Assembly: GCA_964596685.1 (NCBI GenBank)
Contig: CAZQVA010000001.1
Location: 64,881-128,880 of the forward strand
Direction: 5' to 3'
Source: an uncultured bacterium
GTDB lineage: Bacteria; Chlamydiota; Chlamydiia; Chlamydiales; VFKH01
Length of the DNA stretch: 64,000 nucleotides
The notes under the pieces were generated by a model, which ran no database searches, was not told the origin of the DNA, and saw only the letters and a program-made list of their open reading frames with translations. How positions within the stretch are numbered: the first letter of the stretch is position 1; every line of letters begins with the position of its first letter. The position numbers and the translations under genes are program-made. Shown one piece after another: positions 16,908 through 26,267 of this stretch.

Positions 16908-19527
16908 GCGCACGGCGCCAACTCTTATCGCCAGCAAGCAAATCAAGAGCCCATTCCTTTCCCCATAATACACATGCAGATTCATCAGGATACATTCTAA
17001 AAAGTGTCTCTAAAATAGCATACCCTATATCAACGGGTTGAATTCCCTTAGGATCCAAGATGTGTATTTCCACTCCGTAACAAATACAATTTTCGTGTTT
17101 AGGATGCTCTGCAACTCCCGCAATAGAGTGCGGAATAAAAGAAATGGGGGTAAAGTAAACTGACCCATTGATCTGATTTAAACGACTAGCTAAAGCTTCT
17201 GCATCGACCCAAGGAGCACCAAAGAACAGGAAGGGATGATCAGTACCCCGCCCTTCTGAATAATTTGTTCCTTCTAAAAAGGCCGTTATTGGGTAAGCAT
17301 AAATTTGGCGCAACGAGGCCAAATTAGGTGAAGGAGGAATGAAAGGGCGCGCCTTAAAATAAATCAAGGGATCAGCTTGGCAAGAGATGACTGTTAATTT
17401 CAAATTGGTGGGTGCAAATTGCTGCGCTAATTTCCCTATTGTTGAGCCATGGAGAAAAGGCGTAGGAAGCTTGCCAACAAATGAGTGACAATCCTCTTCT
17501 AAATGGGGTCCTTGTGCTTTCCAAAAACCTAAAATATTGGGTCTCTCAAGCACCAGCATTTCAACTCCATGTTCCGCACACGCCTCCATGGTAAGCTTTA
17601 AAGTACTTAAATAAGTGAAGCAACGCGCACCAATCTCTTGTAGATCAACAATAACGAGATCCACGCCTTGAAGCATCTCTTTAGTAGGCTTGCGTACTTT
17701 TCCATGAAGAGAATAGATGGGACAATTCCAAGCTGAGTTATTTGTCGAATCCACAGAAACAGCTGCACCATGCGAACCATTCAAACCATGCTCAGGAGAG
17801 AATGCAGCAACGAGTTGATCACTTGCCAACAAGTCGAGAATGAAATCTCCATTCATATCCGTGCTGCAGCGATGACACAGCACTGCAAAACGCTTATTCT
17901 GCAGATATTTCTCTTTTTCGCGCATCAGTAGATCCAATCCACATAACTGCAAAGGGGCTGCAAGTAATTCTGCCGCACGATTAAGCAGGGGCTGATTATG
18001 CGATCCTAAATAAAGCACACGCGCTTTAGGGAGCAGTTTATCCTCCATAGGATGCCCTAGTGAAACAACAACAACGCGCTCTTGTATATCTTCCAAGGAT
18101 TTTAGCCATTGCGCTTGGATGCGATTCCAAGATGCATCCGCATAAAAAAATGTCGTAACAATGATCGTCTCATCTGTAGTACGTGCTACAAAATCATGAA
18201 TTTGTTTAAGGCTAGATTCATCCATAGGATTGCATATACACTCCTGGGTGATCGTCGCACCATTTTCTTTTAGCTTGCCAGCCAAATAACTGCCCGACTC
18301 TTTAATAAACCATGGCTCAGGGCGGATTTTTCGTAAATCTACAGTGACTAAACAACTTGTCTTATTCGCCGCCGAAACGCACCCACAACCCTCTACACAT
18401 TCCTGTGCAATATATGCAGCACAGGCCTTTTCATCGACCGGTAAAAGAGATGTCTGCGCCTTTAACGTATTTTTACACCGTTCAATCTCTTTTAAGCACC
18501 TTTGGTGTGTTTTTAAAGAATCACCTTGACAATTCAACTCATCCATCAATTGCTTTTGCTCTTTCCATGGGATGGAAGAAATAATCAAATGATAACCTGC
18601 ATCTAAGGCTTCCTGTAGCGCCACCAGTCTAGATGTGTCGGCAGATGCAGCTTTCATTGAAAAATCATCTGTGATGAGTAATGCATCCGGATTCTTCTTG
18701 CGCACTAGCTCTACAATTTTTTTACAGCGTGTCAGAGGGATGGGACCAAATGGGGCAAAGGTTGCATGTGTCACCATGACCATTGCAAAAGTCTCTTTTA
18801 AGACGCCCAAAAAGGGAGCCATCTGCTCTTGAAGCAATTCATCATTAAGGTGAATCTGAACGGATTCTAAATGTGTATCTGCGGCTCCTAAACCTAATCC
18901 AGGAAAATGTTTAATGACAGGCGCGACAGCACCTTGACTCAACCCGCGACAAAAAGCTATGCCATATCTTTCTATCTCAGGCGCATGAGCTGCAAAACAA
19001 CGAGTTGCCAACACGCAGGAACCAAACATGTCCAAACAGGGAGCAAAATCAACATTAATTCCAACTTCAAACATTTGTCGTGCAGCTAAAAGTGCCGCAT
19101 CAAAGGTGATGCTCGGAGAAGCCTTTGCCAATAGCCAGGGGCTTGGAATGGTAAAAAATCCCCCCTCTTCATTCACGCGCTCTACAATTCCGCCTTCCCA
19201 ATCGATCGTAATAAAAGGCGGCTGCAGGCCCTGTTCTTTTGCTTGTTCTTGAAAAAAAGAGGTTAATGCAGCGACTGCGACGCGATTTTTACAATGCCCC
19301 GCAAACAAGATGATTCCACCCGGTTGAAGTTCTCGATACCATGTGGCAAGCTCCTTTCTGTCCTCAGTACACGGTGGGACTAAAATAAAGCGCTGTCCAA
19401 TATTTGTATCTGCTAATAACTCATTAATCGCCATAATACAAAACAATAACCAGAAGGAAAACCGCATCAAAAAAGCCTCAAGAAATGACGAGAGCAAAAG
19501 ATTAGCATGGACTTTCATTTCTACCAA
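16894..19527 (-). CDS. Fusion protein: two-domain GH3 beta-N-acetylglucosaminidase (NagZ/YbbD-like) plus C-terminal DUF1343 (NamZ/YbbC-like exo-beta-N-acetylmuramidase)
   Basis: 877 aa. The N-terminal half carries the GH3 motifs IKHFPGLGLGAADTH and LITDDFSM. The C-terminal third has the DUF1343 pattern (SPEHGLNGS..., LHGKVRKPTKEMLQGVDLVIVDLQEIGARCFTYLSTL). A hydrophobic leader MRFSFWLLFCIMAINELLA suggests export, so the true start may be the internal Met near 19467. Confidence 0.8.
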   Translation of the reverse strand: MVEMKVHANLLLSSFLEAFLMRFSFWLLFCIMAINELLADTNIGQRFILVPPCTEDRKELATWYRELQPGGIILFAGHCKNRVAVAALTSFFQEQAKEQGLQPPFITIDWEGGIVERVNEEGGFFTIPSPWLLAKASPSITFDAALLAARQMFEVGINVDFAPCLDMFGSCVLATRCFAAHAPEIERYGIAFCRGLSQGAVAPVIKHFPGLGLGAADTHLESVQIHLNDELLQEQMAPFLGVLKETFAMVMVTHATFAPFGPIPLTRCKKIVELVRKKNPDALLITDDFSMKAASADTSRLVALQEALDAGYHLIISSIPWKEQKQLMDELNCQGDSLKTHQRCLKEIERCKNTLKAQTSLLPVDEKACAAYIAQECVEGCGCVSAANKTSCLVTVDLRKIRPEPWFIKESGSYLAGKLKENGATITQECICNPMDESSLKQIHDFVARTTDETIIVTTFFYADASWNRIQAQWLKSLEDIQERVVVVSLGHPMEDKLLPKARVLYLGSHNQPLLNRAAELLAAPLQLCGLDLLMREKEKYLQNKRFAVLCHRCSTDMNGDFILDLLASDQLVAAFSPEHGLNGSHGAAVSVDSTNNSAWNCPIYSLHGKVRKPTKEMLQGVDLVIVDLQEIGARCFTYLSTLKLTMEACAEHGVEMLVLERPNILGFWKAQGPHLEEDCHSFVGKLPTPFLHGSTIGKLAQQFAPTNLKLTVISCQADPLIYFKARPFIPPSPNLASLRQIYAYPITAFLEGTNYSEGRGTDHPFLFFGAPWVDAEALASRLNQINGSVYFTPISFIPHSIAGVAEHPKHENCICYGVEIHILDPKGIQPVDIGYAILETLFRMYPDESACVLWGKEWALDLLAGDKSWRRALISK

Positions 19528-19544
19528 CTCTTAAGCTGTACATA

Positions 19545-20783
19545 ATGTTGAAAATAGTCTCTCTACTTCTATTGTGCTGCTCCTATTATACAGGTCTTTT
19601 TTCACTCCAACTCGGTATTGAAAGACTGACTGAAGAGCCATTTTGGACAAAAAAACTCGAAAACAAACGCATCGGGATTCTTACCCACCAAGCAGCTATC
19701 GATCATCAAGGTGTTCACACGATTGAGCGGCTGCAACAAGCTGCTAAAAAACAACACTTTACCATTGTGGCACTTTTTGGCCCTGAACATGGGCTTGATG
19801 GTTCAAAATTTGCCGCGCGCGATGTTCAACATTCAAAAACAAATGATGGCATTCCTGTTTTTTCTCTCCACGGAACTACGCGCCGCCCCACTAAAGAGAT
19901 GCTGCAAAACATTGATGTTCTTATATGTGACTTGCAGGACATTGGTTGTCGCTCTTATACTTATCTAACAACCCTTTGTTACGTTATTGAAGAGTGCGCA
20001 AAAAATAAAGTTAAAGTCATTGTAACAGATCGCCCCAATCCGATGGGCGGCCTCGTCATTGATGGTCCCATTCTCGAAGAAAAATATCAATCCTTTGTAG
20101 GATACTTGTCAATCCCTTATGTCCATGGTATGACATTGGGTGAATTGGCCCGTTTTGTCAATGAAAACAACCAAGTGCATTGTCAATTAGAAGTTGTTCC
20201 TATGATAGGGTGGACAAGATCCATGCAATGGTCGCAGACAGGCCTTTTATGGATGCCCACTAGCCCACAAATCCCAGAAGCAGACACCCCTTTTTATTAT
20301 GCAACCACAGGCGTCTTTGGAGAAATGAAATGGGTCAATATTGGAGTGGGCTATACATTGCCCTTCAAAACTGTAGCAGCACCTTGGATCGATGCATCAC
20401 TGCTAGCTGGAAAACTCAATGAAAAAAAATTTCCCGGAGTATGCTTTACTGAAATTCATTATACTCCCTTTTTTGGATCGCTAAAGGACCAAGTGTGCCA
20501 TGGCATCAAAATTCAAATCACAGACCCTCAAAAGTATATGCCAGTGGAGACGGGGTTTCTAATTTTGGGGATTCTAAAAACTCTCTATCCTGCCAAATGG
20601 CAAGAAGCCATCAGCAACCCTAAACTTAGCAAGGTCTTTGCGCAATATTGGGGAACACATGATGTCCTCAATATTTTGACAAAAGAAAAATATGCGATCT
20701 TTCCTCTCAAGGGAATATGCATGAAGGCGCGCCAAAGTTTTATACAAAAGCGCGCCAAATATTTACTTCCAGAATATTCCTAA
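19545..20783 (+). CDS. DUF1343 family protein (NamZ-like exo-beta-N-acetylmuramidase), secreted
   Basis: 412 aa with signal peptide MLKIVSLLLLCCSYYTGLFS. DUF1343 pattern: RIGILTHQAAID..., FGPEHGLDGS, LHGTTRRPTKEMLQNIDVLICDLQDIGCRSYTYLTTL. It is divergent from, and paralogous to, the C-terminal domain of the neighbouring fusion. Confidence 0.8.
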   Translation: MLKIVSLLLLCCSYYTGLFSLQLGIERLTEEPFWTKKLENKRIGILTHQAAIDHQGVHTIERLQQAAKKQHFTIVALFGPEHGLDGSKFAARDVQHSKTNDGIPVFSLHGTTRRPTKEMLQNIDVLICDLQDIGCRSYTYLTTLCYVIEECAKNKVKVIVTDRPNPMGGLVIDGPILEEKYQSFVGYLSIPYVHGMTLGELARFVNENNQVHCQLEVVPMIGWTRSMQWSQTGLLWMPTSPQIPEADTPFYYATTGVFGEMKWVNIGVGYTLPFKTVAAPWIDASLLAGKLNEKKFPGVCFTEIHYTPFFGSLKDQVCHGIKIQITDPQKYMPVETGFLILGILKTLYPAKWQEAISNPKLSKVFAQYWGTHDVLNILTKEKYAIFPLKGICMKARQSFIQKRAKYLLPEYS

Positions 20784-22618
20784 GAAGCTCTCAATGCCAG
20801 TTTTTCTAAAACTTTTGTCGATTGAGAAATGAAATTAGAAAGGGTTGCAGGATCTACCTCTTGCTGAGACATGAGGGCCAGTTGGTATACCTGTAACAAC
20901 ATATCTTTAGCTAAGTCCCCATCTTTCTCAGAAAGAGTCTTAATAGCCTGAACTAACTTGCTATTCGTATTGACGATAAAAGTGTGCTTAGGACGAAACA
21001 TATCATCCATACGCATTTCTGGCTGATGCAAACGCATATAGTCGCGCATACGGCGCTCCTGCTCATCGATCATCACAAACCCAGCGACATCATCACTAGC
21101 CAAACTCTTTGCTTCAACCTCAAGTTTTGGAAGCTGTAGCGCGCCCTTTACAAAGCTTGCAAGACGACTAGCTTCAGTTTTCCCCTCTTGATCAAGAATG
21201 ACTTGTTCCTTTGTTGAATCAATGATGAGATCTTCTACAGCTCCATCGATGCGCTGAAATTTAATAGCAGGTTGCTGCTTATTTTCTAGAAAACTCATCA
21301 AAGCTGCATCGATCAAAGAATCCGTGAGAAGCACTTCAATGCCTTTTTTGCGGTACATCTCGATGAATTGCCCCTGCTGCTTAAGATCGTTAGCATAAAA
21401 AACTTTATCTTTATACTCTTCTCGATGTTTGGCAATATATTCATCTAAAGTAACCCACTCACCTTCGGAGTTCTTCCATCCTAAAATCTCTTTGATGCGC
21501 TCAAAGAACTTTTCATCTTGCAACACTCCAATCTTCACAATGACTTCCATGCTGGGCCATTGCTCAATAAAATTTTCGCGCTCAGACTTAAACATGCCAG
21601 TCAGTTTCTCTGCTACTTTTTTCGAAATATGCACGCCTAATTGACGCACCGTGCGATCCATCTGCAAATAACTTCTAGAAACATTCAAGGGGATATCTGG
21701 ACTGTCAATGGCACCTTGTAAAAGCATTAAATAGTCAGGGATCAATTCCTGACAATTATCTGAAACAAATACGCGGTTGCAAAATAGCTTGATGTGGTTC
21801 TTTTTATAATCTACTCCAGACTTAGCTCTAGGAAAATAAAGAATTCCTTTGCAGTGGAAGGGGTAATCGACATTGATATGCAACCAGAACAGTGGATCTT
21901 CTTGCATCGGATAAAGTTGACGATAAAATTCCAAATACTCTTTATCCGTGCATTCTTGAGGGTTTTTCAACCATAGAGGATCTGTATGGTTGAGATGTTC
22001 ACCATTCAAATAGATTGGATAGGGCAAAAACGAGCAGTAATGAAGAATGATCTTACGGATATGCGCAACATCAAGACACTCATCGTGATCGCGTCCAATA
22101 TGTAAAACAATATCCGTGCCGCGCGTTTGGCGTGTTCCCTTTCCAATCTCATATTGACTAGAGCCATCACAGGACCAAAAAACAGGCTCACTACTATCTG
22201 TAAATGATAATGTGTCGATAGTTACACGATCTGCTACCATGTAGGCAGAATAGAATCCCAACCCAAAGTGACCAATAATCTGATCCTTTTCGTCTTGAGA
22301 TTGGTACTTGCTCATAAATTCTTCAGCACCCGAAAAAGCGATTTGAGCAATGTAATTCTCTACTTCGCTCGCCGTCATTCCGATACCCGTATCACTAAAT
22401 TGGAGCGTACGCGCCTCTTTATCAATTTTGATATCGATGCGCCACTCAGAACTATCCGTTTTCACAAGATCTTGATTGCTAAGGATAGTGAGTTTTCTAA
22501 TCGCATCACATGCATTTGAAACTAATTCACGAACAAATATATCCTTTTCAGAGTAAAGCCATTTTTTAATAATAGGTAAAATGTTTTCACTATGAATGCG
22601 CAATGTACCCGTATTCAT
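20780..22618 (-). CDS. htpG: Molecular chaperone HtpG (Hsp90)
   Basis: 612 aa. It has the GHKL ATPase N-terminus (IFVRELVSNACDA..., GHFGLGFYSAYMVAD) and the Hsp90 middle and C-terminal domains. Confidence 0.95.
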   Translation of the reverse strand: MNTGTLRIHSENILPIIKKWLYSEKDIFVRELVSNACDAIRKLTILSNQDLVKTDSSEWRIDIKIDKEARTLQFSDTGIGMTASEVENYIAQIAFSGAEEFMSKYQSQDEKDQIIGHFGLGFYSAYMVADRVTIDTLSFTDSSEPVFWSCDGSSQYEIGKGTRQTRGTDIVLHIGRDHDECLDVAHIRKIILHYCSFLPYPIYLNGEHLNHTDPLWLKNPQECTDKEYLEFYRQLYPMQEDPLFWLHINVDYPFHCKGILYFPRAKSGVDYKKNHIKLFCNRVFVSDNCQELIPDYLMLLQGAIDSPDIPLNVSRSYLQMDRTVRQLGVHISKKVAEKLTGMFKSERENFIEQWPSMEVIVKIGVLQDEKFFERIKEILGWKNSEGEWVTLDEYIAKHREEYKDKVFYANDLKQQGQFIEMYRKKGIEVLLTDSLIDAALMSFLENKQQPAIKFQRIDGAVEDLIIDSTKEQVILDQEGKTEASRLASFVKGALQLPKLEVEAKSLASDDVAGFVMIDEQERRMRDYMRLHQPEMRMDDMFRPKHTFIVNTNSKLVQAIKTLSEKDGDLAKDMLLQVYQLALMSQQEVDPATLSNFISQSTKVLEKLALRAS

Positions 22619-22642
22619 ACAATCCTTTTTTTTTATTCAAAT

Positions 22643-24040
22643 TCAAAATTGCAAAAGATGGTCAATGTCAATAAGTCCCCCTTTCTGCAATAAAATGCAA
22701 AGAATTCCTAAAGGGACAATATACCGAATGAGAAACAGCCATGGACGGAACCATCGCACTGCTTTAGAACCAGAAAGAAATTCTTCTCTCAAAAGGCGTT
22801 TATCAACTTGCCATCCGGCAAAAAGAGCTATTAGCATTCCACAGACAGGCAAAAGCCAGTTATTAGAAATATAGTCAACAGTACTGAAAAAATCTTTCCC
22901 ATAAAGTGCTGACCACGAACCGAACATAGCCCCCGATCCCGATAATGCACTAGGGATACCAAAGAGAAATGCCGCTAAACCGATTAACAGAACTGCTTTT
23001 TTACGCGACCAACCAAATTGCTCGATCCATGTTGCGGCCAACATTTCCAAAATGGAAATTGCAGAAGTAAGTGCAGCAAATGTGACCAACAAAAAGAAGA
23101 GCACTGAGATCAACAATGTTGCAGGTAATTTTGCAAAAAGCACCGGCAAGGTTTTAAAGAGCAAACCCGGACCTTCAGAAGGGGTAAACCCAAAGGTAAA
23201 AATAATAGGGAATATCATTAAAGCAGCCATGAGTGCGACAGTAATATCCATCAGCGCCACTGTTGCAACTGTTTTAGGAATATTATCTGTTTTGCGCATA
23301 TAGCTACCATACGTCAACATGATGCCCAAACCAACACTGAGGGTAAAGAAGGCGAGTCCCAATGCCTCTAAAATCGCTGAAGGCTTGAAAGTTTCAAAAT
23401 CTGGATAGAGAACAAATCGTACAGCCTCACCGAAGCCATCCAAAGTCATTGAATAACAGAGCAAACCAAGCAAGATGACCAAAAATGTGGGCATCAAGAT
23501 TTTAGACCAATATTCGATCCCTTTTCTTACCCCAGCATAAACCACTCCAACTGTCATGATCATGAAGATACAGTGCCAGAATACATTGATTTCTCCCGAC
23601 GCAAACAATGTATCGAAGAGACCACTAATCTCTGCAGGCGTACGATTAATGGTGAATTGATTTAGAGACATCAAAGTATAGTTTACAGCCCAACCAGCTA
23701 CCACGCTATAGTAGGATAAGATAAGAAAGTTGATAAGAACACACAACCATCCCACCATTTTCCAATTCTTTTCAGGTTTGGAAAGCTCCTGAAATGCACC
23801 AACCGCGCTTTTCGCCGCCATTCTTCCGAGCAGTAATTCAGCAACAAAAATCGGAGCCCCCACAATGAAGGTAAAGAACAGATATGCAAAGACAAATAGA
23901 CCCCCACCATTCATCCCTGTAACATAAGGGAATTTCCACAGACTACCTAGGCCAATTGCAGAACCGGCAGTTGCCATGATGAATCCTAAACGCGAACCCC
24001 AATGTTCACGCGTCTTTTTATAAGATATATCTTGCGTCAT
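22643..24040 (-). CDS. Sodium-dependent transporter, neurotransmitter:sodium symporter (SNF/NSS) family
   Basis: 465 aa with about 12 TM spans and the N-terminal NSS signature WGSRLGFIMATAGSAIGLGSLWKFPY. Confidence 0.9.
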   Translation of the reverse strand: MTQDISYKKTREHWGSRLGFIMATAGSAIGLGSLWKFPYVTGMNGGGLFVFAYLFFTFIVGAPIFVAELLLGRMAAKSAVGAFQELSKPEKNWKMVGWLCVLINFLILSYYSVVAGWAVNYTLMSLNQFTINRTPAEISGLFDTLFASGEINVFWHCIFMIMTVGVVYAGVRKGIEYWSKILMPTFLVILLGLLCYSMTLDGFGEAVRFVLYPDFETFKPSAILEALGLAFFTLSVGLGIMLTYGSYMRKTDNIPKTVATVALMDITVALMAALMIFPIIFTFGFTPSEGPGLLFKTLPVLFAKLPATLLISVLFFLLVTFAALTSAISILEMLAATWIEQFGWSRKKAVLLIGLAAFLFGIPSALSGSGAMFGSWSALYGKDFFSTVDYISNNWLLPVCGMLIALFAGWQVDKRLLREEFLSGSKAVRWFRPWLFLIRYIVPLGILCILLQKGGLIDIDHLLQF

Positions 24041-25035
24041 AGATGCTCTTCTTTCGTCATGCGCTGCATTAACTCCCTTACCGCTTGTAGTGGAGTCTTA
24101 TCAGCATAAATAATATCATAAATCGCTTGTGTAATAGGCAGAGGCACATTGTAGTGTTGACCCATTTGCAAAGCGGAAACACAAGTGTAGGCCCCCTCAA
24201 CAGCTGCATGGATCTTTTCTTTTGCTGTGGCAGCACTATCACCATGCGCTAACAAATTTCCAAAGCGATAGTTGCGACTTAGCGTGGATAGACATGTTGC
24301 GCAAAGATCTCCCATTCCTGCTAGGCCATTCAATGTGTCGATACGACACCCTTTGACCACTCCGAGCTTACGCATTTCATGTAAACCGCGTGTCATAATG
24401 GCAGCCTTGGTGTTCATTCCAAAGCCAAGACCATCAGAAAGACCACAGGCTATTGCAACGATGTTTTTCATGGCTCCTCCAAATAGCACTCCGTGCACAT
24501 CACTATTGGGATAGACGCGGAATGTCGCTGTTGAAAAAGCATTTTGTATTAACATCATCACGGCTGGATCATACGCAGCACTCACCACTGAGGTGGGCAC
24601 ATTGCGCAAAACTTCTTCTGCAAGGCTTGGGCCACTTAACACCCCTATCAAGGGCTTTACATCGGATCCCAAAACATTTAAAATGACTTCATCCAAAAGC
24701 AATTCGCTTTTTTGTTCAATACCCTTTGAAGTAATTGCCACGGGAACGTGTAAGCCACCTAGTGTTTTAATTTGCTCAAATACAGGACGAATTCCAGCTG
24801 ATGTGACTGATTCAACAATCAAGTCACTCCCCTGCAACACTTCCTTAAGTTCACTCGTAAAACGCAAATTATCGGGTAAAATAAGATCATGTAATTTAGG
24901 ATGACGGCGCGTCATCTGCAAGAGTTCTGCTTTTTCTGGATGAGCACTCCATACCAGGCAGGAAATTCCCTTATTTGCCAACAATTGCGCAAGGCATACG
25001 CCCCAAGTACCACTTCCTAAAAATCCAACTTTCAT
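24037..25035 (-). CDS. gpsA: NAD(P)H-dependent glycerol-3-phosphate dehydrogenase
   Basis: 332 aa with Rossmann motif KVGFLGSGTWG and conserved GpsA blocks (NVPTSVV, GGAMKNIVAIACG, TRGLHEM). Confidence 0.93.
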   Translation of the reverse strand: MKVGFLGSGTWGVCLAQLLANKGISCLVWSAHPEKAELLQMTRRHPKLHDLILPDNLRFTSELKEVLQGSDLIVESVTSAGIRPVFEQIKTLGGLHVPVAITSKGIEQKSELLLDEVILNVLGSDVKPLIGVLSGPSLAEEVLRNVPTSVVSAAYDPAVMMLIQNAFSTATFRVYPNSDVHGVLFGGAMKNIVAIACGLSDGLGFGMNTKAAIMTRGLHEMRKLGVVKGCRIDTLNGLAGMGDLCATCLSTLSRNYRFGNLLAHGDSAATAKEKIHAAVEGAYTCVSALQMGQHYNVPLPITQAIYDIIYADKTPLQAVRELMQRMTKEEHL

Positions 25036-25049
25036 AGACTATACAACCT

Positions 25050-26267
25050 TTAAGCTTTATCACAAGCACTCTGTATGGAATGCAGGCTGTTTTTGTCCTT
25101 AAGCGGTACAAATTCACGCGTTCTCTCAACGCACAAAATACCCGTTTTATTGCTCACTATAAATCCATCGAATATGTAGTGTTCAAATTTCCAACGATAG
25201 CACTTGCCACTTTGCTGCTTTAATTCATCCGATTCGACAAAAACATCCCAATATTTTACCTCTTTTTTTTGGTAATGTAATGGAAAATGTGATGCTTCTA
25301 AGCAATCGATCCAAGAAAGAGAGAAAAAATACATCCCTGTATTGCCTAGGAATGGTTGATTCCTTATTGCATGATCTACTTCGCTATATTCAATGATTTG
25401 AATTTTTCCCTGATTTTCCACCAGGAGTCCCATTTTTTCGTCTAAAGTGACTCGCTCGACCCCTTTAATTGAAACATCATTCCCCGAAGTGACATGAAAG
25501 GCAGCAAAAGCAGTGTCAAATGGGTCAGCAAATGGATTGTCAATTGCAATCCATGAAAGATACTCTACCCCTTCTCTTTTCCACTGTTGATAAAATGCTG
25601 CTTTTTTTAAGAGAAGTGGCGCATATCCATTTCCATTGGGTCCCATAGCGACATGTCCAGGCGCATCTAGACATAAGTTTTCCTCGTAGGAGAGATAAGG
25701 ATAATCCTGTTGCATCAAAAAAAAGAGATGCTCAGCTGATAGTCCAAAGTTTTGATGTTCCTGAAAATAAGCACGGACCTGTAAATCATTCGCTGATGAT
25801 GTCATGATCGCTACATGGAGCGGCCTTTTAACTTTTTCACTCATCGCTACAATTTTTTTTGCAACTATTTCAAAGAGCGTTCTTCCTTGAAACGGTTCTA
25901 AAGGAATGCATCCCTTGGGTATCCCATCAATCCCCAAACGGGAACCTACTCCACCTGCAACGATTAATAAAGCAACTTTCCCTTGAGAAATGGGATCGCA
26001 ACCTTCCTGTTGGCAATCCTGCTTCATTACGTGTAAAGGCACTTTTAAGTCATCATGCGAAACAGCTAATGGCTCATGCAGTTGCCTCCGCTCTTCATAC
26101 ATCCGCTTAAAATCTAGCGCATGAATCTGCTCGATAAAATTTGTCTTCTGAGGCGTTGTCCATAAATTCCACCCCTTCAATAGATGCTGTTGGTCATGCT
26201 GAATCAGTATATTCAGCATCTCCTTATAGAGAGGTTCGTCTATAGGAGATATACTGCTCAATGGCAT
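25050..26267 (-). CDS. UDP-sugar pyrophosphorylase of the eukaryotic UDPGP/UAP type (UDP-N-acetylhexosamine pyrophosphorylase-like)
   Basis: 405 aa. The nucleotide-binding loop LLIVAGGVGSRLGIDGIPKG matches the UAP/UDPGP L-x2-G-G-x-G-[ST]-R-L-G...PKG signature. The 5' end overlaps the upstream GT9 gene by 44 nt, so a later start is possible. Confidence 0.75.
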   Translation of the reverse strand: MPLSSISPIDEPLYKEMLNILIQHDQQHLLKGWNLWTTPQKTNFIEQIHALDFKRMYEERRQLHEPLAVSHDDLKVPLHVMKQDCQQEGCDPISQGKVALLIVAGGVGSRLGIDGIPKGCIPLEPFQGRTLFEIVAKKIVAMSEKVKRPLHVAIMTSSANDLQVRAYFQEHQNFGLSAEHLFFLMQQDYPYLSYEENLCLDAPGHVAMGPNGNGYAPLLLKKAAFYQQWKREGVEYLSWIAIDNPFADPFDTAFAAFHVTSGNDVSIKGVERVTLDEKMGLLVENQGKIQIIEYSEVDHAIRNQPFLGNTGMYFFSLSWIDCLEASHFPLHYQKKEVKYWDVFVESDELKQQSGKCYRWKFEHYIFDGFIVSNKTGILCVERTREFVPLKDKNSLHSIQSACDKA

